A DNA stretch of 64,000 nt, from the NCBI GenBank assembly GCA_028023455.1, contig JAQFVV010000004.1, positions 15,996,001 through 16,060,000 of the forward strand, read 5' to 3'. Position 1 is the stretch's first letter; each line of letters begins with the position of its first letter. This document shows, in pieces, positions 38,439-51,538 of this stretch. The notes beneath the pieces are model-generated. The model was not told the origin of the DNA and did not search any database. It saw nothing but the letters and a program-made list of their open reading frames with translations. Source of the stretch: Epiperipatus broadwayi (Eukaryota; Animalia; Onychophora). A program made the position numbers and the translations under genes.

Positions 38439-41400
38439 TTCATGAAAAGTGTAATAAATATATGCAAATGTAAATATTCAAATAAGCTACTGTTACGTAG
38501 CCCATTTTTTCGAGATCTCGAAGCATGTGTCCTTTCTGTTAATGGCATTTTTGTTTTTACATATAAGGAGAAATTAAAACCATAGTATATAGATAAGTTT
38601 CTATGAATAATATTATATATATATATATGTTTAATATTAATTACATTGCTTTTTATTGATTTTGTTTAAACTACATAACGGGAATCAAATTTAATCATTT
38701 GTCATCTAGGAAAAAAAAGAGTAGAAATCGAAAATGAATAGTAAAGTTGTCAAGAAAGTTGATATGAATAAATAAAATAATAATTTTAAAGCTAAGTAAA
38801 TAGATAGGCAAACAGTTTTTAATAGCACACTGCAGTGCAATGTGTTCCCAAGCAGCCCCCCATAGAAGAACGGACTGCTTAACAAATTTACCATTTGCCA
38901 AGGGATAAGAATTTAAGCAGTTTTCTATCATTTTACTTTTTAGACAAGATAGATAGCTATATTTTTATATTGGACAAACCTTCAGAAAAACACAAAGATA
39001 GAAAGCTGTTTATCATCTAATGTTAGATACTTGGCTGGATTATTATGAATATATATTCTAAAACAAAATGTTTAAGTCTATTGAAAAAAATCTCCAAGTT
39101 TAGTTAGCACAAATTCAAACTAGGGTCTTATTCATATTAGGCAGATGAGCTATAGTTGCATCTTGGTGTCCTTCTAAATATAGTTTGACTATAATTAAAA
39201 AGAAATCATTTTAGAATATTTGGAAATTTGTTGTTCATAGTAAATTATATATTTTATGTGATAAAAAGAAGTGGAGAAAAAAGTTATATTGGTTCATTGA
39301 ACTAATTCTTATAACAATACAGAAATAGGGAGGTATAATATTTTAAATTGCTTTTATGGTCTTAGAATTTCCTTACACAGTGTGTGCTAATTTATTTGTC
39401 AAAAAGTGGATTTATCAACTTGTTAAAATATTATATAAAAGATACTGTGATCAAATGTAAAAAAAAAAAAAACCTGCTTATCATCCTCATAGTAATAGGT
39501 AAATCTTTATCTGGGTTTGTCACCCAAATGTCAAAATACTGAATCTAAAAGCAGCAATAAAACTGTAATATGGTACCCTTATTAAGACTCTGGCATGAAC
39601 TGGTTTATCATCATAGTTTATCATCATAGTTTGTTTTCCACCTAATTGTTAATTAGCATTATTGCATATTGACAAATCATATTTTAGTTATCTTTTTATA
39701 ACTTTCTTTTATTCATTTTTCTTTAGCTTCTTTTGACTTTATTGATCTCATTTAAATAAATATGATGTTACTTTAAATTCCCTCTATTTTGCCTTTCCAT
39801 CTAATTTTTTCAATTAAAAATATATATTCTGGGATCTATGTTTTGTACATTATTTCCTTTTCATTATCTTAACATTGTTCTGAAACTGAAATTTTTTCTT
39901 TTTTATCAATTGTTCTGGGTCTTTCTATTTTTATTTATTATACTACAGTTTCTCCACTAATTCTTTTAAATAGATTTTATACTTCATTGTTGTAGTTAAT
40001 TTGTGTCCGATTTAATCTTCTGAAAGGATTATAAATTCGTTCTTGTTTATATAAAATTTGCAGTTCATTAGAATAAGTTACAATTTGAGTCTGTTTTTCC
40101 TCTGTAGTTTTTATATGATTTGACTCCCCAGCTCATAATAATTATTATATTTTAAACATTTTACATTAATAATAGTTGCTTAGGTTAAACATATGTGGTT
40201 TTGTCTATTGTTTAATTAGCAGATTCTAGACTCAAATTCCATAGATTGCAGCTCAATTCTGTCATTTCAAATGCTTAATGAAATCCGTACCATACAGTAA
40301 TTATTTAATTATCATTAATGAACTAATTAGCTTATTTGCTTACAGAATTTCTATACTAACATTTGAGATTTTGATTGACATTTTCAAATTTATAGACAAT
40401 AAAATTGGTTTGTTAAAATGGAGGACAAAATTACGCAATCAAAATAGCTTACAACTAAAGTTATCCTGATTAACATCTATCAAAAAGTGTTACTCTCAAT
40501 GAACATATGTAATAAAACAAATATAAAGACAATTAACAAAATAAATTCATCAAATCATGCAAAACTGGTGATCTTTTTTGCAATTTTATGTGTTTTACTA
40601 TGACAGCCAAATAAACATATTAAAACATTTCCACGGAAAAAAATTGGATTATACAAGTTCTATATCTAGCATTTGAATTAATCCAAATAATTAGTGCTAA
40701 ATTTATAATCTAAATGGGAAATTTTAAAATTCTTCATTTGAATTATTTAAATACGTACTGTACTTCATTTTCTAATGATTGTCAAGTCTAATATGACTAA
40801 TATTATCTCAGTGTTCCTCTTTGAGAAGTGAGGCCGGGTGCAGAGGCCTTTAAAATGCAGAGTAAGTTACAAAAATTAAATCTAGATAATGTACAAAAAA
40901 AAACGACTTTTGACCATAGTTTTGTTTGATGATCTTACACATCGATAAAAGCTGAACATACACACAAGCACATCTATTATATACATATGTGATTATTTAC
41001 TGATTGATCGAGCATTTCATTTCTTATACACTTATTTGCTATACTATAACTATAATAACAACAACAACATTTTTGTGTTAATTTTTTTGCTTTGATATCA
41101 GATCTATTTTTTTCATTCTCTTTATTGAACTTATTTTACAATATTAACGAATAATTGTATTTGTATTATAAATTTTTTATAACTTTCAAGTTAATATATA
41201 TAAAAAAAAGTTTTTACTACTGGTTTTTTTAATGCATTAATTAAAATAAAATCTTTATTTAAAATTTTTAAATTTCTATTTTAAACAACAGTTTATATAT
41301 AAGAGTTAAAATCTTTTTATATGTAGAAATATTCATTTCAAATGGCTTGTTAATTCATTCTGAAACAATAGAGAATGTGAGAAGAGTGTTGAAATTTGTT

Positions 41401-41744
41401 TGAGTCATAATTGACTAGGGGTTTGAAGTGCATGCTGATCTCATCCAATGAGCATCTAATTTTTAAAAAGAGTTTTTTTAATGAATTTATTTTTTTGAAT
41501 TTTCCTACTCTTTCATTATAAAATAGAACTTGATGATTATCTATTTTCTATATATGTCTGTCGGTTTACATTAAACAGTGAATAGTTGTAGCACTTCTTA
41601 ACCATCACAAATAATTCAGGAATTTGTATTATTTATGGGGGTACTACTATCTAATGTTTTAGATTACTTAAATTTACAATACATATTTTATAGATTAATA
41701 GAAAGACTTCTGCTTCTAATATAAATAAATAAAAACCATGAGCT

Positions 41745-42700
41745 GCTTTGTTTTGTTTTAAAATAAATTTATTAAACACAGTAACATAGTAATACACAAT
41801 TAAACTTTATAAAAAAAAATTACATAGCATTCAGAATAAAACTTGAATAAGTCAATGCAGAGAAAAAGATATCTTAATGAGACTAAGAGGAAAATGAAAC
41901 TTTCACCCAAGTATCATGTAGACTCACAGGCGAAAGCAGAGAGTCTCGCTGCTTGACTTTGTCAAAGAGCTTAATAAAGACAGTTACAGCTGAGTCCTGA
42001 GAATGACCAAAGACGAGCCTGCAATGTGTCAACCATAAAGAAAATGTTATAAAGATAGATAACCTTGTTGCTGCAAAAGATCCCTTCCTGAGAGTATTAC
42101 AAACAGAAAGAGCATCCCTAAGATCCAGAGAGACATTTGCAACAATAAAGTCCCTAATCAACTTAACAGCAGGACAAATATAGAAAATATGCTTTGTTTG
42201 GTATTGAAAGTATTTATAATTATCATAAAACAAATCACTAGAACATATATTTGCTGGTCTTGTGTCAAATCTGCAAGTAAGTTAGATTGGCTTTAAATCT
42301 TAAGATATTTAAATTTTGCACTAATGATTTGCACAGTGTAAATAAGTAAAGATGACTGTTAGATATGTGGGTTTAAATGTACTTTTCATTGGTAAAGATC
42401 AATAGCCAGAAATATTTTTATTTTCCACTGGGTATTTATGCTTACAATACATGATTTTGGAATACAATCAATAAAGTGAAATAATATGTCTAATACAGAT
42501 GACTTTAGGAAAGTATATATTGCTTAAAAGTTTTGTGGTGAATTGACTAGCAATCTACTACATTCACATTGCATTTCAATTCTGGTAGAACTTGGATACT
42601 CTCCTCCCCATGTAGTTGACATCTAGAGAATCTAACTAAAAATCCAATTCCTAGCCAGCAAATGAGTATTTAACAATTTTTTTTAAATAAAAAGTTGAAA
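41745..42700 (-). mobile_element. Tx1/L1-like LINE 3' end
   Basis: ORF 41883-42233 with HIFYICPAV and LWLTHCRLVF (C-terminal zinc-knuckle region), then AATAAA and an A-rich tail; 5' limit uncertain. Confidence 0.6.
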
Positions 42701-42894
42701 CAAAAGAGAAAAGATTTTACTGACTGGTTGTTAATTAACCTGGTGAAGATGGAGGGATATTGAAAAGACTTGTTCCCTTCTGTGAGGTTTTAAAATTTTA
42801 TTTTGAATTTTACTATTTCAAATTACTATTTTACCATGTATATATAAATATTTGACAACCATGCACTCTTCACAAACCTGGAGCTTAATTGTAA

Positions 42895-43040
42895 ATAAAG
42901 GGGATTTGAACTCAGATTTTCAAGCACTCATCAACTATTTACACTATCTCATACAACTAATATACATGACAACATACATGTAGAAAAGATAAATAATCAC
43001 CAATATATGTATCTCATGCTAAACCAACTCATTATCAGAA
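42895..43040 (-). mobile_element. Family B fragment with degenerate HHR
   Basis: Matches the 33040-33160 arm; minus strand CTGATAA..GCATGAGATACATATATTGGT. Confidence 0.7.
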
Positions 43041-43569
43041 CTTTGTATTTAATTATGTGTTATTTTAAAAAATGATTGTAATTAACTACATTTGATATTT
43101 CTTTTGATAGATTATATTTATACCAATCGTTAATTAATCAATTATTTTTCGCATTTCAAGCTTAAAAGATTTTTTTTAAATATATATATAAACTATAAAG
43201 TTTGAAGTATCTTGATTTATGTGCAACATAAACCTAAGATTTTTGCATCAAAAAGGGCAAATTATAAACCATAGACTCTTATTTTATAAGTTTAACAACA
43301 GTGAAAGCTGCATCATATTACAATGATCATGTTGGAACTTATCTGTTCAACTTATATTATCTTGGGACCTTTTGCTACTAGCTCAGAATAGCCAAATATC
43401 TGTTTTTTGGCCAGTATTGATAAATTCTCAGCTATAAAAAAAAAAAAAAAAATTCCAATATTTTCTGTAGATTTAAATTCAAGCCATATACATGGCAGAT
43501 TAATGTGCTAATAACTATGCTACAAGGCTTTTCAGTTTTTCTGTATATGTATCTATCAATTTCATTATT

Positions 43570-43890
43570 TTCAATAATTATTGATCTACTGTGGGATGAA
43601 GGTCTCTGAATTTAATCCATTCTCTAATCCATAATCTCATTTTTCCATATCCCAATAATAAATTTCCTTATTTTGTTCAATCATCTTACACATGGTCTAT
43701 TTCTAGGTCTTTTATAATTTTTTGGAATTTAAGATTTCAATTGTCCATCTAATATATCCAACCACACTCCATTTCAGTCTCTTAATTCTTTCAGTGATAT
43801 CAATGATGCCCATTTGTTATCTTACTCTACTATTAAATTTTCAATTCCTTCTTGATATCCCCAATACATATCTCTATATATTTTGTTGCT
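43570..43890 (-). mobile_element. RTE 3' fragment, older
   Basis: Reverse complement aligns with the RTE 3' end. Confidence 0.75.
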
Positions 43891-43894
43891 CTAT

Positions 43895-44737
43895 ATTTCC
43901 AAAATGTTTTACAGCAGTGCTGCAAGAAGTATTTTGTGGATAAAATGGGAAACTAATGGAATAAAAATAAATGGAGATTATTTAAGTCATCTAGATTTTG
44001 CAGATGTAGTTGCTTTTGCAAATAATGCTTCAGAGCATCAGAAAATTTTGCAAGAATTATCAGATGAAAGTAAGAAAGTAGTACTAAAGATAAAAGTTAA
44101 AAAGACTAAAGTAATGTTCAATGGATTTTTCAAAAAATGAAAATAAAGATTTATAATGATGAGTTAGAAGAAGTTAACAACTATAAATACTTTGGTCAGA
44201 TTATTGCTACAGATGGAAACATAATAAATGAAATTAATCGTAGAATTAAACTTGGTCGGAGTGCTTTTGGTAGAAATAACTTAATATTAAAAAGGAAATG
44301 TGCCTATATGTTTGGAAAGGAAGATTTTTAATAAATGTATTTTACCAGTTCTTACTTATGGATCTGAGACTTGAACAAAAGAGCAACATAGAGACTTCAG
44401 ACCACTTAAAGAAGTGATGAGAGATACATGTTAGGAGTAATAAGAAGAGATCAAAAATTAAATGCATGGATAATAAACAGGTGTTATTGATATAATTGAA
44501 AGAATTAAGAGATTGAAATGGAGTTGGGCTGGACATCTAGAAGAGATTATAATAGATGGACAGTTGACATCTTAAACTGGATTTCAATAGATTGTTAGAG
44601 ATCTAAAAAGAGACTACATGTGATATGGATGAATGAAATAAGGAAGTATGAAGAGATGATGTGGAGAAGAGAGACAGGAAATTGGCAATGAACTCCTGCA
44701 GTGGATTTATAATTGTTGAAGATGATGATAAAGATGA
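43895..44737 (+). mobile_element. RTE RT/3' fragment
   Basis: YLSHLDFADVVAFANN, YKYFGQ motifs and (GAT)n tail. Confidence 0.9.
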
Positions 44738-45627
44738 TACTTTGTTGAATGTTTTTTAGTCTTTATGTTGGTCTTTTGTTACATGTTCATGTCTAAGATC
44801 CATAAGTAAGAATTGATTAAGTAAAATCAATAAAAAAAGTCTTTTTTTCCCAGCACATAGGCATCCAAATTTAATTTTATGACTAATATCAACCATTATA
44901 TTATCATCTGTATTGTAACCATTTGGCTATACAGCTGCATTAAAAATAGATAGTTAGCAACATGCTCCTCAAGTTTAGGTATAGAATTATTTAAGTAATG
45001 GGAAAAATAATATTTAATTTTTCCATGCATAGTTTTTTTATAATGGGTCTTTATTTAACTAAATATTTTAAGTCCCAAAGTGATAGTATAAAAATTCTCA
45101 AACATCAAATTTGTTAAATAATAATATGATTTTCATATAGGAATATTTTAATAAAGGGAGAGAAAATTATGGAAGAATGTAATCAAGTTTTTTTTTACTC
45201 TCTTTCTTTTCAGTAATTATTATTAATTAGTAGTTTAAATTTAAACTATGAAAATGTACTAAGAGAAAAGTGGTTTTTCTTTTTTGTAAATTATTTAATA
45301 CATACGAATTGTAACCTTAAAAGAAAGATAAGGTTTTATTTTTAATAGTATTTTAAAAAAAAAAAAATTTAATACTTTGATAAATTTTATTTTTAATTAG
45401 AGTTATTGTTATTAACTGATTATCTTGCTTTTCCTTTTGCAAGAACATTTTTTAATTAGAAAGAAATGCCAAGAATTTTTTGTGATATTAATTTAAATTT
45501 TTGATTTGTTTTTCAATGTTAAAATTTAAGGAAGGAAATAGCTGAACAATTGTATTTATAAAAATTTATCTAATTAGTTGTTATAAAAAGTATCATGTTG
45601 GACATAGATTATGATTGGTCTTTGTAG

Positions 45628-45671
45628 GCAAGGTTGTTCTAGAATATAATGGGGATGTGAATAAGTCAGAA
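45628..45671 (+). CDS. Candidate 44-nt exon (KVVLEYNGDVNKSE)
   Basis: TTTGTAG acceptor, GTAAGA donor, open frame; no homology recognised. Confidence 0.2.
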
Positions 45672-48600
45672 GTAAGAAGATATTTTCTAACTTAGCTGTT
45701 GAAGAAAGAGCAGTCAAGTTTTAATCCAGCTGCTGAAAAAAAAGTAGAAATTATTTCTAACTTAACTGTTGCAGAGAGAGTAGTTAATTCTTAATTCAGC
45801 TGATAAAGAAGAAATAAGCAGAAGTCATTACCAAGCTATTGCATAGAATAGCAGAAGTTTTAATCAAGTTTTTATTTTACTATAAGTTTAGTCATAAAAA
45901 TGGTTTGTACAATAAAAACCATGTGCTAAATTCAACTAAAAGCTAGACATTATCTTCTTTCATATAACCTGCCTTCACTGGAATAAAATGTAGAGAAACT
46001 ACCACCTAAAGTAATTGCAATTTTGACTTCAACCAAGAGTATGAGACTCTGTCTGTGATAGTCTCACCTGGGAACTTTATTAAAAGAAAATGGATAATTT
46101 TGCTGTTGTTAACCTGGAAATGAAATATTGCACACCAAAAAAAAGGACAAATTAATCATGTTCATGTGTAGAATCCTTCAAGAAAAAAACTCAACTGGGA
46201 AAAACTGGACATTATAATTGGGAAGAATTCTGCAGAAAAAAACTAAAACCATGGTTGAGGGTACTTTTGTATGTGCACACTGTATTTTTATTAATAGAAA
46301 AAAGTTTTTTTATATATATAAAATATTTTTTTTTGTAAGAATTGAAATATTTTCATTAATATTTTCAAATTATGAAGCATATTTTTTTTAAATTTAGCCA
46401 ATTTTCTCTTCAAAATTATAAAATAGTTTTTAGAAAATTTAATTTTTTGTAAATTTGCATTTTTTTTAGAAACATTTTTCTTTTTTCATTCATTTTCCCT
46501 TCTAAAAACTTAACAAGAGTTTAATTAAGTAAATCCAAGATTTTTATTGATTTTGAAAATGTTTTTCCAACTATTAGTTATTTAAAAAAAATAACTTAAT
46601 TAATTAAAAATTAATTTATGAATAGAAATCAACTGATTGATTATAATTGTTATGAAAATATATTTTTTGATGAAATGAATGTTTAAAATTTCATACTATC
46701 ATTTCATTTTTTTGTTTATTGTTAATCAATTAATTATTAAATAATTGTTTTAAAAATATATTTTTTAGTCTTAATTTCTTTATTCTATTCAATTTCTGTT
46801 TCATAAATCACACTGTGAATGACTTTATTTCATGACAGCTTAATGTTCAGTTTTTTTAATGATCCCAATAAAATTATTTATTATATAGAGTAAATCCAGA
46901 AATTATTTAAAGTGATTTATAATAAGCTGCTTTCTTGCTCACAGTAATAGTTTATAGAGTTTGTGCTTCTTGAGTTAGATTTGTGCATAACAGTTATATG
47001 TAGTAGGGGTTTATGTTTAGTGTTATGGACATCCAGATGATGATAGTCCTAGTTAATGAAAAAGGGATATTCTTTAAAATCCATGCATTACATTTCATTT
47101 TATTTATTACTTGTTTCAAAATTTAGTTTATAGTTGGCCAGTATATTAATGGTATTATGTGGCCAAAGCATTGATGATGGTCAGAATGTTTTTTGTATCT
47201 CAGCATTATTTGACTTATAGTATGTGCATTGAGATAATTATTGTTTGTATTTCTGCTTGAGATTTGTGAGGAGCTAAATAATTAGCCTGGTCCATAGTGG
47301 GCCATTTTCAAATTCAGTTACAAAATTGACTGTTGGTTTATTTTTATTGTTGATCATTCATGATGGTGAATAATTACTACTTTTGTGTAATACTAGTTAA
47401 CTTATAGTTAGTTCTGATCTTTCATGTTCATTCCTTTTATTTTTAATTTTATATTTTGTTTGGAGATGATGGTGGTTTCCTACCTTTTCTTAATTCAGCC
47501 CTAATGTGGTGTACTGTTACAAATGCCTATTCATTTGTGAAACATTGTAACCTCAGATTCTCTCTTATTAACCATTATTTTCCATACTGTTACAATTATC
47601 ACCCAACTTATGAGACCACTATTTTCATAATGTTATAGTATTAACAATCTAACCAAGATATTTGAAGTTGTTTGCTTATTTTAAATCATATTTATATAAA
47701 CGCAAAAGTTGAAAGCAAAAAGAAACCCACAAATGTCTGCCTTGAATCATTAATCTATTGGGTATTGCCTTTTTTTTTCACTGTTTGCTAGTGACCTTTG
47801 ACTTTTAATGGGCTATTAAAGCTGTTTTGCATTTACATGAGTTACTTTTAATCATAGTGCATAATAATACAATGAAAGCTCCGTGGCAAATAGGATACAA
47901 AACTAATTGATCTATCATTTCATATTTCGATAATAATGCTTGCATTCTTACTAACTGCAATATTTACAGATGGTTAACTTTATAAAATGTTGGAAAGGAT
48001 TAACAAGTCTGCAACAAATTTGGCTGCAAATAAATTTAAATGTAATTAAAAGTGAAATAGTGATAATAATACTAAAAGTAAAATAAATTTAAAAAATGGT
48101 ATAATTAATTGCTTTGAAAGTTATATGATGTTGAAGTATAGTACTTAAAATGATTGGTTTAGCATAACAGTTCCATTTAATTGGCCAAATTGATTTTTTC
48201 CTCAGCAAGGAGTTAATTCAAAGATATTTAACTTGTTTGCTTGCCACTTTATAACTGCAATAGGCAACCCAATAAATCGTTAAATGTTTTATGACAACAT
48301 CAAGTGTTGTAGAATAAGTTAGCAAACTTCCTAATGACATATGGAGATAATACTTCATCTCTAAAGACATTTTTTTCATTATTTCTATATGAATAATATA
48401 GATTAAGTTAGACATAATTTTAGAGGTTGAATAAAAATGAAAGAAAAATAAATTATGAATATATGAAGAATAGAATAGGATAAGGAGATTTAGTGAACGT
48501 AATCTACTATAGACATGAGAATTATATTTAGGGTTATGGTTGATTAATAGTACAGTAAATAAATATTATTATTTTTTTTTTGTATCTTAGTGGTATGAAG

Positions 48601-48754
48601 AATTTATTAAAAGATAAAGTTTTAGATATAAATGTGCTAGTAATAAACTATACAAAATAATAACTGTCAATGACGACTCCTTCTAACCATCTAATATTAT
48701 CTCTTAGTCGTTGTACGTATCACCTATCTGCTAGTACTTGCTTTTTTGCTTTTT

Positions 48755-48804
48755 GCTGTGCTTTCTGATGAAAACCAGTCTGCTGGTTGAAATACTAAAG
48801 CAGC
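48755..48804 (+). ncRNA. Type I hammerhead with fully canonical core
   Basis: GCTGTGCTTT-CTGATGA-A-AACCAG tctg CTGGTT-GAAA-TAC-TA/AAGCAGC. Confidence 0.7.
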
Positions 48805-51306
48805 TTTATAGAGAAATAATTGTGTGTTTTTTATTACGTATATATAATGAAAGAATCGTTATTATCCTAATTCCATAATAATAAGAAATAGTCTGAAAAC
48901 CTGACATATATAAAAATTTTAAGCATTATCTTATAGATAATGTTTTGATTGAAAATAGGCTAACAACATGACGATCTATTACCTACTAAAAAATAATTTA
49001 TTTATGCTATGTATATAAAATATTAAAAATAGTTTACTAAATAAAAATGTAAATCCCCGATCGTAAATTTAAAACGTCAGCTTTTCATTTAAAGCTTTGA
49101 GGTTTTTTTTTTTCCAATAGTTTTTAAAATCGCGTAATTTATATTGTAGCTATTATCATTAATACTTACAAATGTATTTGTGTTTAAACTAATATACTTT
49201 AAATATAAAAAAAAAAAAAAACCCTGCATATTGGAAGGAGAGAAAAAAATATGATCGAAACAATTCACTGTTAGAAAATATACAATCATAAATTGATTAA
49301 CAACCTATCTGTGTTTGAGAGTAGCCGTAAACTTCTAATGGGTCTCATGGGATAAAAAACAGTTGGTTATAAATGCAATTTCTTATCATTATGCAAATGT
49401 TTAAGCCAAAAGTACTACTGTCTATTAATGATAGTTATGAATAGCTTGTTTAAATTTTTATTTTTTTACTTCCCGATTGAAATGAAATGATGTCTTTTTA
49501 AATATAAATTTTTATTAATATTTAAAATTATATACAGTATTTAAAAATATCAGTAGTAAGGTTTAATTCTGCATTAGTGCACCGTCTAGTTAATTAAATA
49601 ATTGCAGTAAAAGATTATAATAGATATTTTAAAAAATATAAATAACTTTTTTTTAAAGCTTTCTTTGTAATTTTTTTTTTTTTTTATAGAATAAAATATT
49701 TTAGATATTTTAAATAATAACATTAATGTTAAATTTTTTCCTTATTAAAAAGCAATTTGAAGAAGACTGTTAGATAGTCAAAATTGTAAGAAACACTAAC
49801 AACATACATTGCAAAACAAGTAAATAATTTGATAGAATATCCCTCTAATCTTAGGTTATTATTTAAAAAATGGGCATTCAATGTTGTCTCAATAGTAAAG
49901 CATGAAAAGTATTGGTTCATTATAAGAAATAAAGATCTTGGATGGTTTAGTGATTAAAGATAATTAAAAGCTGTTCAATCAAAAGTAAAATTTATTTGTA
50001 AACTAATGTACAGTTCATTATTTATTAACTTATTATTTTGTCAGTTGCTTAGAAAATCAAATAGTGTTCGAGCACCAAAGTACTTAACAGGATTTAACTA
50101 TTTCAATCATTTAGCGAAACTGAATTTTTTTCTTTCACTTTGTCCATTAAGAATTGATATGTGAATCTTAATCCTGAGTCAGTCATTCAGCCCCTCTTAG
50201 TCATCCATTTACCACTCAGTAAAATTGCTCAGAACATCTTTTTAAGAATTTGTAAGTGTAACAAAACATTTGTCCTGTGCTTAATAAATGCTTTTATCAT
50301 TGATGTTATTATTGATACAGTGGTCATATGATTGAAGGCTAGTCTTCAAAAGTTATTCCAAAGAAAATCATCATCATCAAGCATTATTGATCCAGTGCAA
50401 AATGAAGGTCTCTCCAAGTTCAATCCATCCTTCCTGATCTTTAGCTTCTCTTCTCCACATTACCCCTGCACACTTTCTTATTTCATCCATCCATCTCACA
50501 TGTGGTCTCTTTCTGGGTCTTTTACAATCTCTTGGAATCCAGTTTAAGATTTTAATTGTCCATCTATTATCATCTCTTGTAACAATATGTCCAGCCCAGC
50601 TCCACTTCAGTCTTTTAATTTTTTCAATGAGGTCAGTAACACACATTTGTTCCCTTACCCATACATTATATTTTCGATCTCTTGTTATTCCTAACATGCA
50701 TCTCTCCATACTTCTTTGAGTGGTTTGAAGTCTCTATATTGCTCTACTATTAAGTATCCAAGTCTCCAGATCCATAAATAAGAACTGGTAAAACACATTT
50801 ATTAAAAATTTTCTGTTTCAAACAATAGGCATATTTCCTTTTAATATCAAGTTATTTCTACCAAAAACACTCCAACCAAGTTTGATTCTATGATTAATTC
50901 CTATCTGTATTAATAATCTGACCCAAGTATTTGTAGCTGTTAACTTTTTCTAACTCATCATAATCAATATTTATTTTCATATTTTGAGAAAATCCATTGA
51001 ACATTACTTTATCTTTAGTTATACTTTCCTACTTTCATCTGATAACTCCTAAACATTTCCTACAGCTCTAAAGCATTATTTGCAAAAACAACTATATCAT
51101 CTTCAAAATCTAAATGACATAAATAATCTCTATTTACTTTCAATCCTTTAGCTTCCCATTTTAATCTACAAAATATTTCTTGCAGCCCTGCTGTAAAAAG
51201 TTTTGGAGATAAAGAGTCACCCTGTCTTACACCTTTCTCAATGTTGACTTTCCTAGTATCGTTATGTAATCTAATTGTTGCTATTGCATTTTTATAAATA
51301 TTTTTT

Positions 51307-51538
51307 AATATCAATAATTATGCACTTTTAATGCTCATTAAAGAAGTTGTGTATATCAATAATTTATTTAAAGCTTAGCGCTTTCAAAGCTCTGTGGCTT
51401 CATACTCATAGCTGTTTTTTTGAAAGCGCTAAGCTTTAAATAAATTATTGATATACACAACTTCTTTAATGAGCATTAAAAGCACATAATTATTGATATT
51501 ATATAATTTATGAGAAGTTAATAAACAAATTTTCATTA
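51307..51538. mobile_element. Family F fold-back insertion within the RTE RT, about 82-bp arms
   Basis: Arms 51307-51388 and 51418-51500; the RTE peptide ILKNIY is duplicated on both sides, implying a TSD. Confidence 0.85.
51372..51413 (-). ncRNA. Second hammerhead with A3-U8 core
   Basis: Minus strand AGCT-ATGAGTA-T-GAAGC cacaga GCTTT-GAAA-GCGC-TA/AGCT. Confidence 0.7.

Noticed and set aside
40812-40861. GC-rich exon-like segment ending in GTAAGT
   Set aside because: All three frames contain stops; at most a non-coding exon, with no support.
45675-45870. Degenerate 70-bp repeats (AACTTAGCTGTTG..TTAATCCAGCTG)
   Set aside because: Only two to three weak units, with no spacer structure or coding signal; not CRISPR-like.
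46060-46115. AAGAGTA-T-GAGAC..GTCTC, resembling a third A3-U8 hammerhead
   Set aside because: U4 is changed and no GAAA or stem III follows the stem.
45960-46260. Protein-like decayed stretch (..YNWEEFCRKK..)
   Set aside because: Could be a DNA-transposon remnant, but no diagnostic motif could be assigned.
29019-50547. ORF-track peptides ..IINPLQDEGLSKFNPS.. recurring at 29.0, 29.5 and 50.3 kb
   Set aside because: They are antisense readings of the RTE 3' end, not a gene family.
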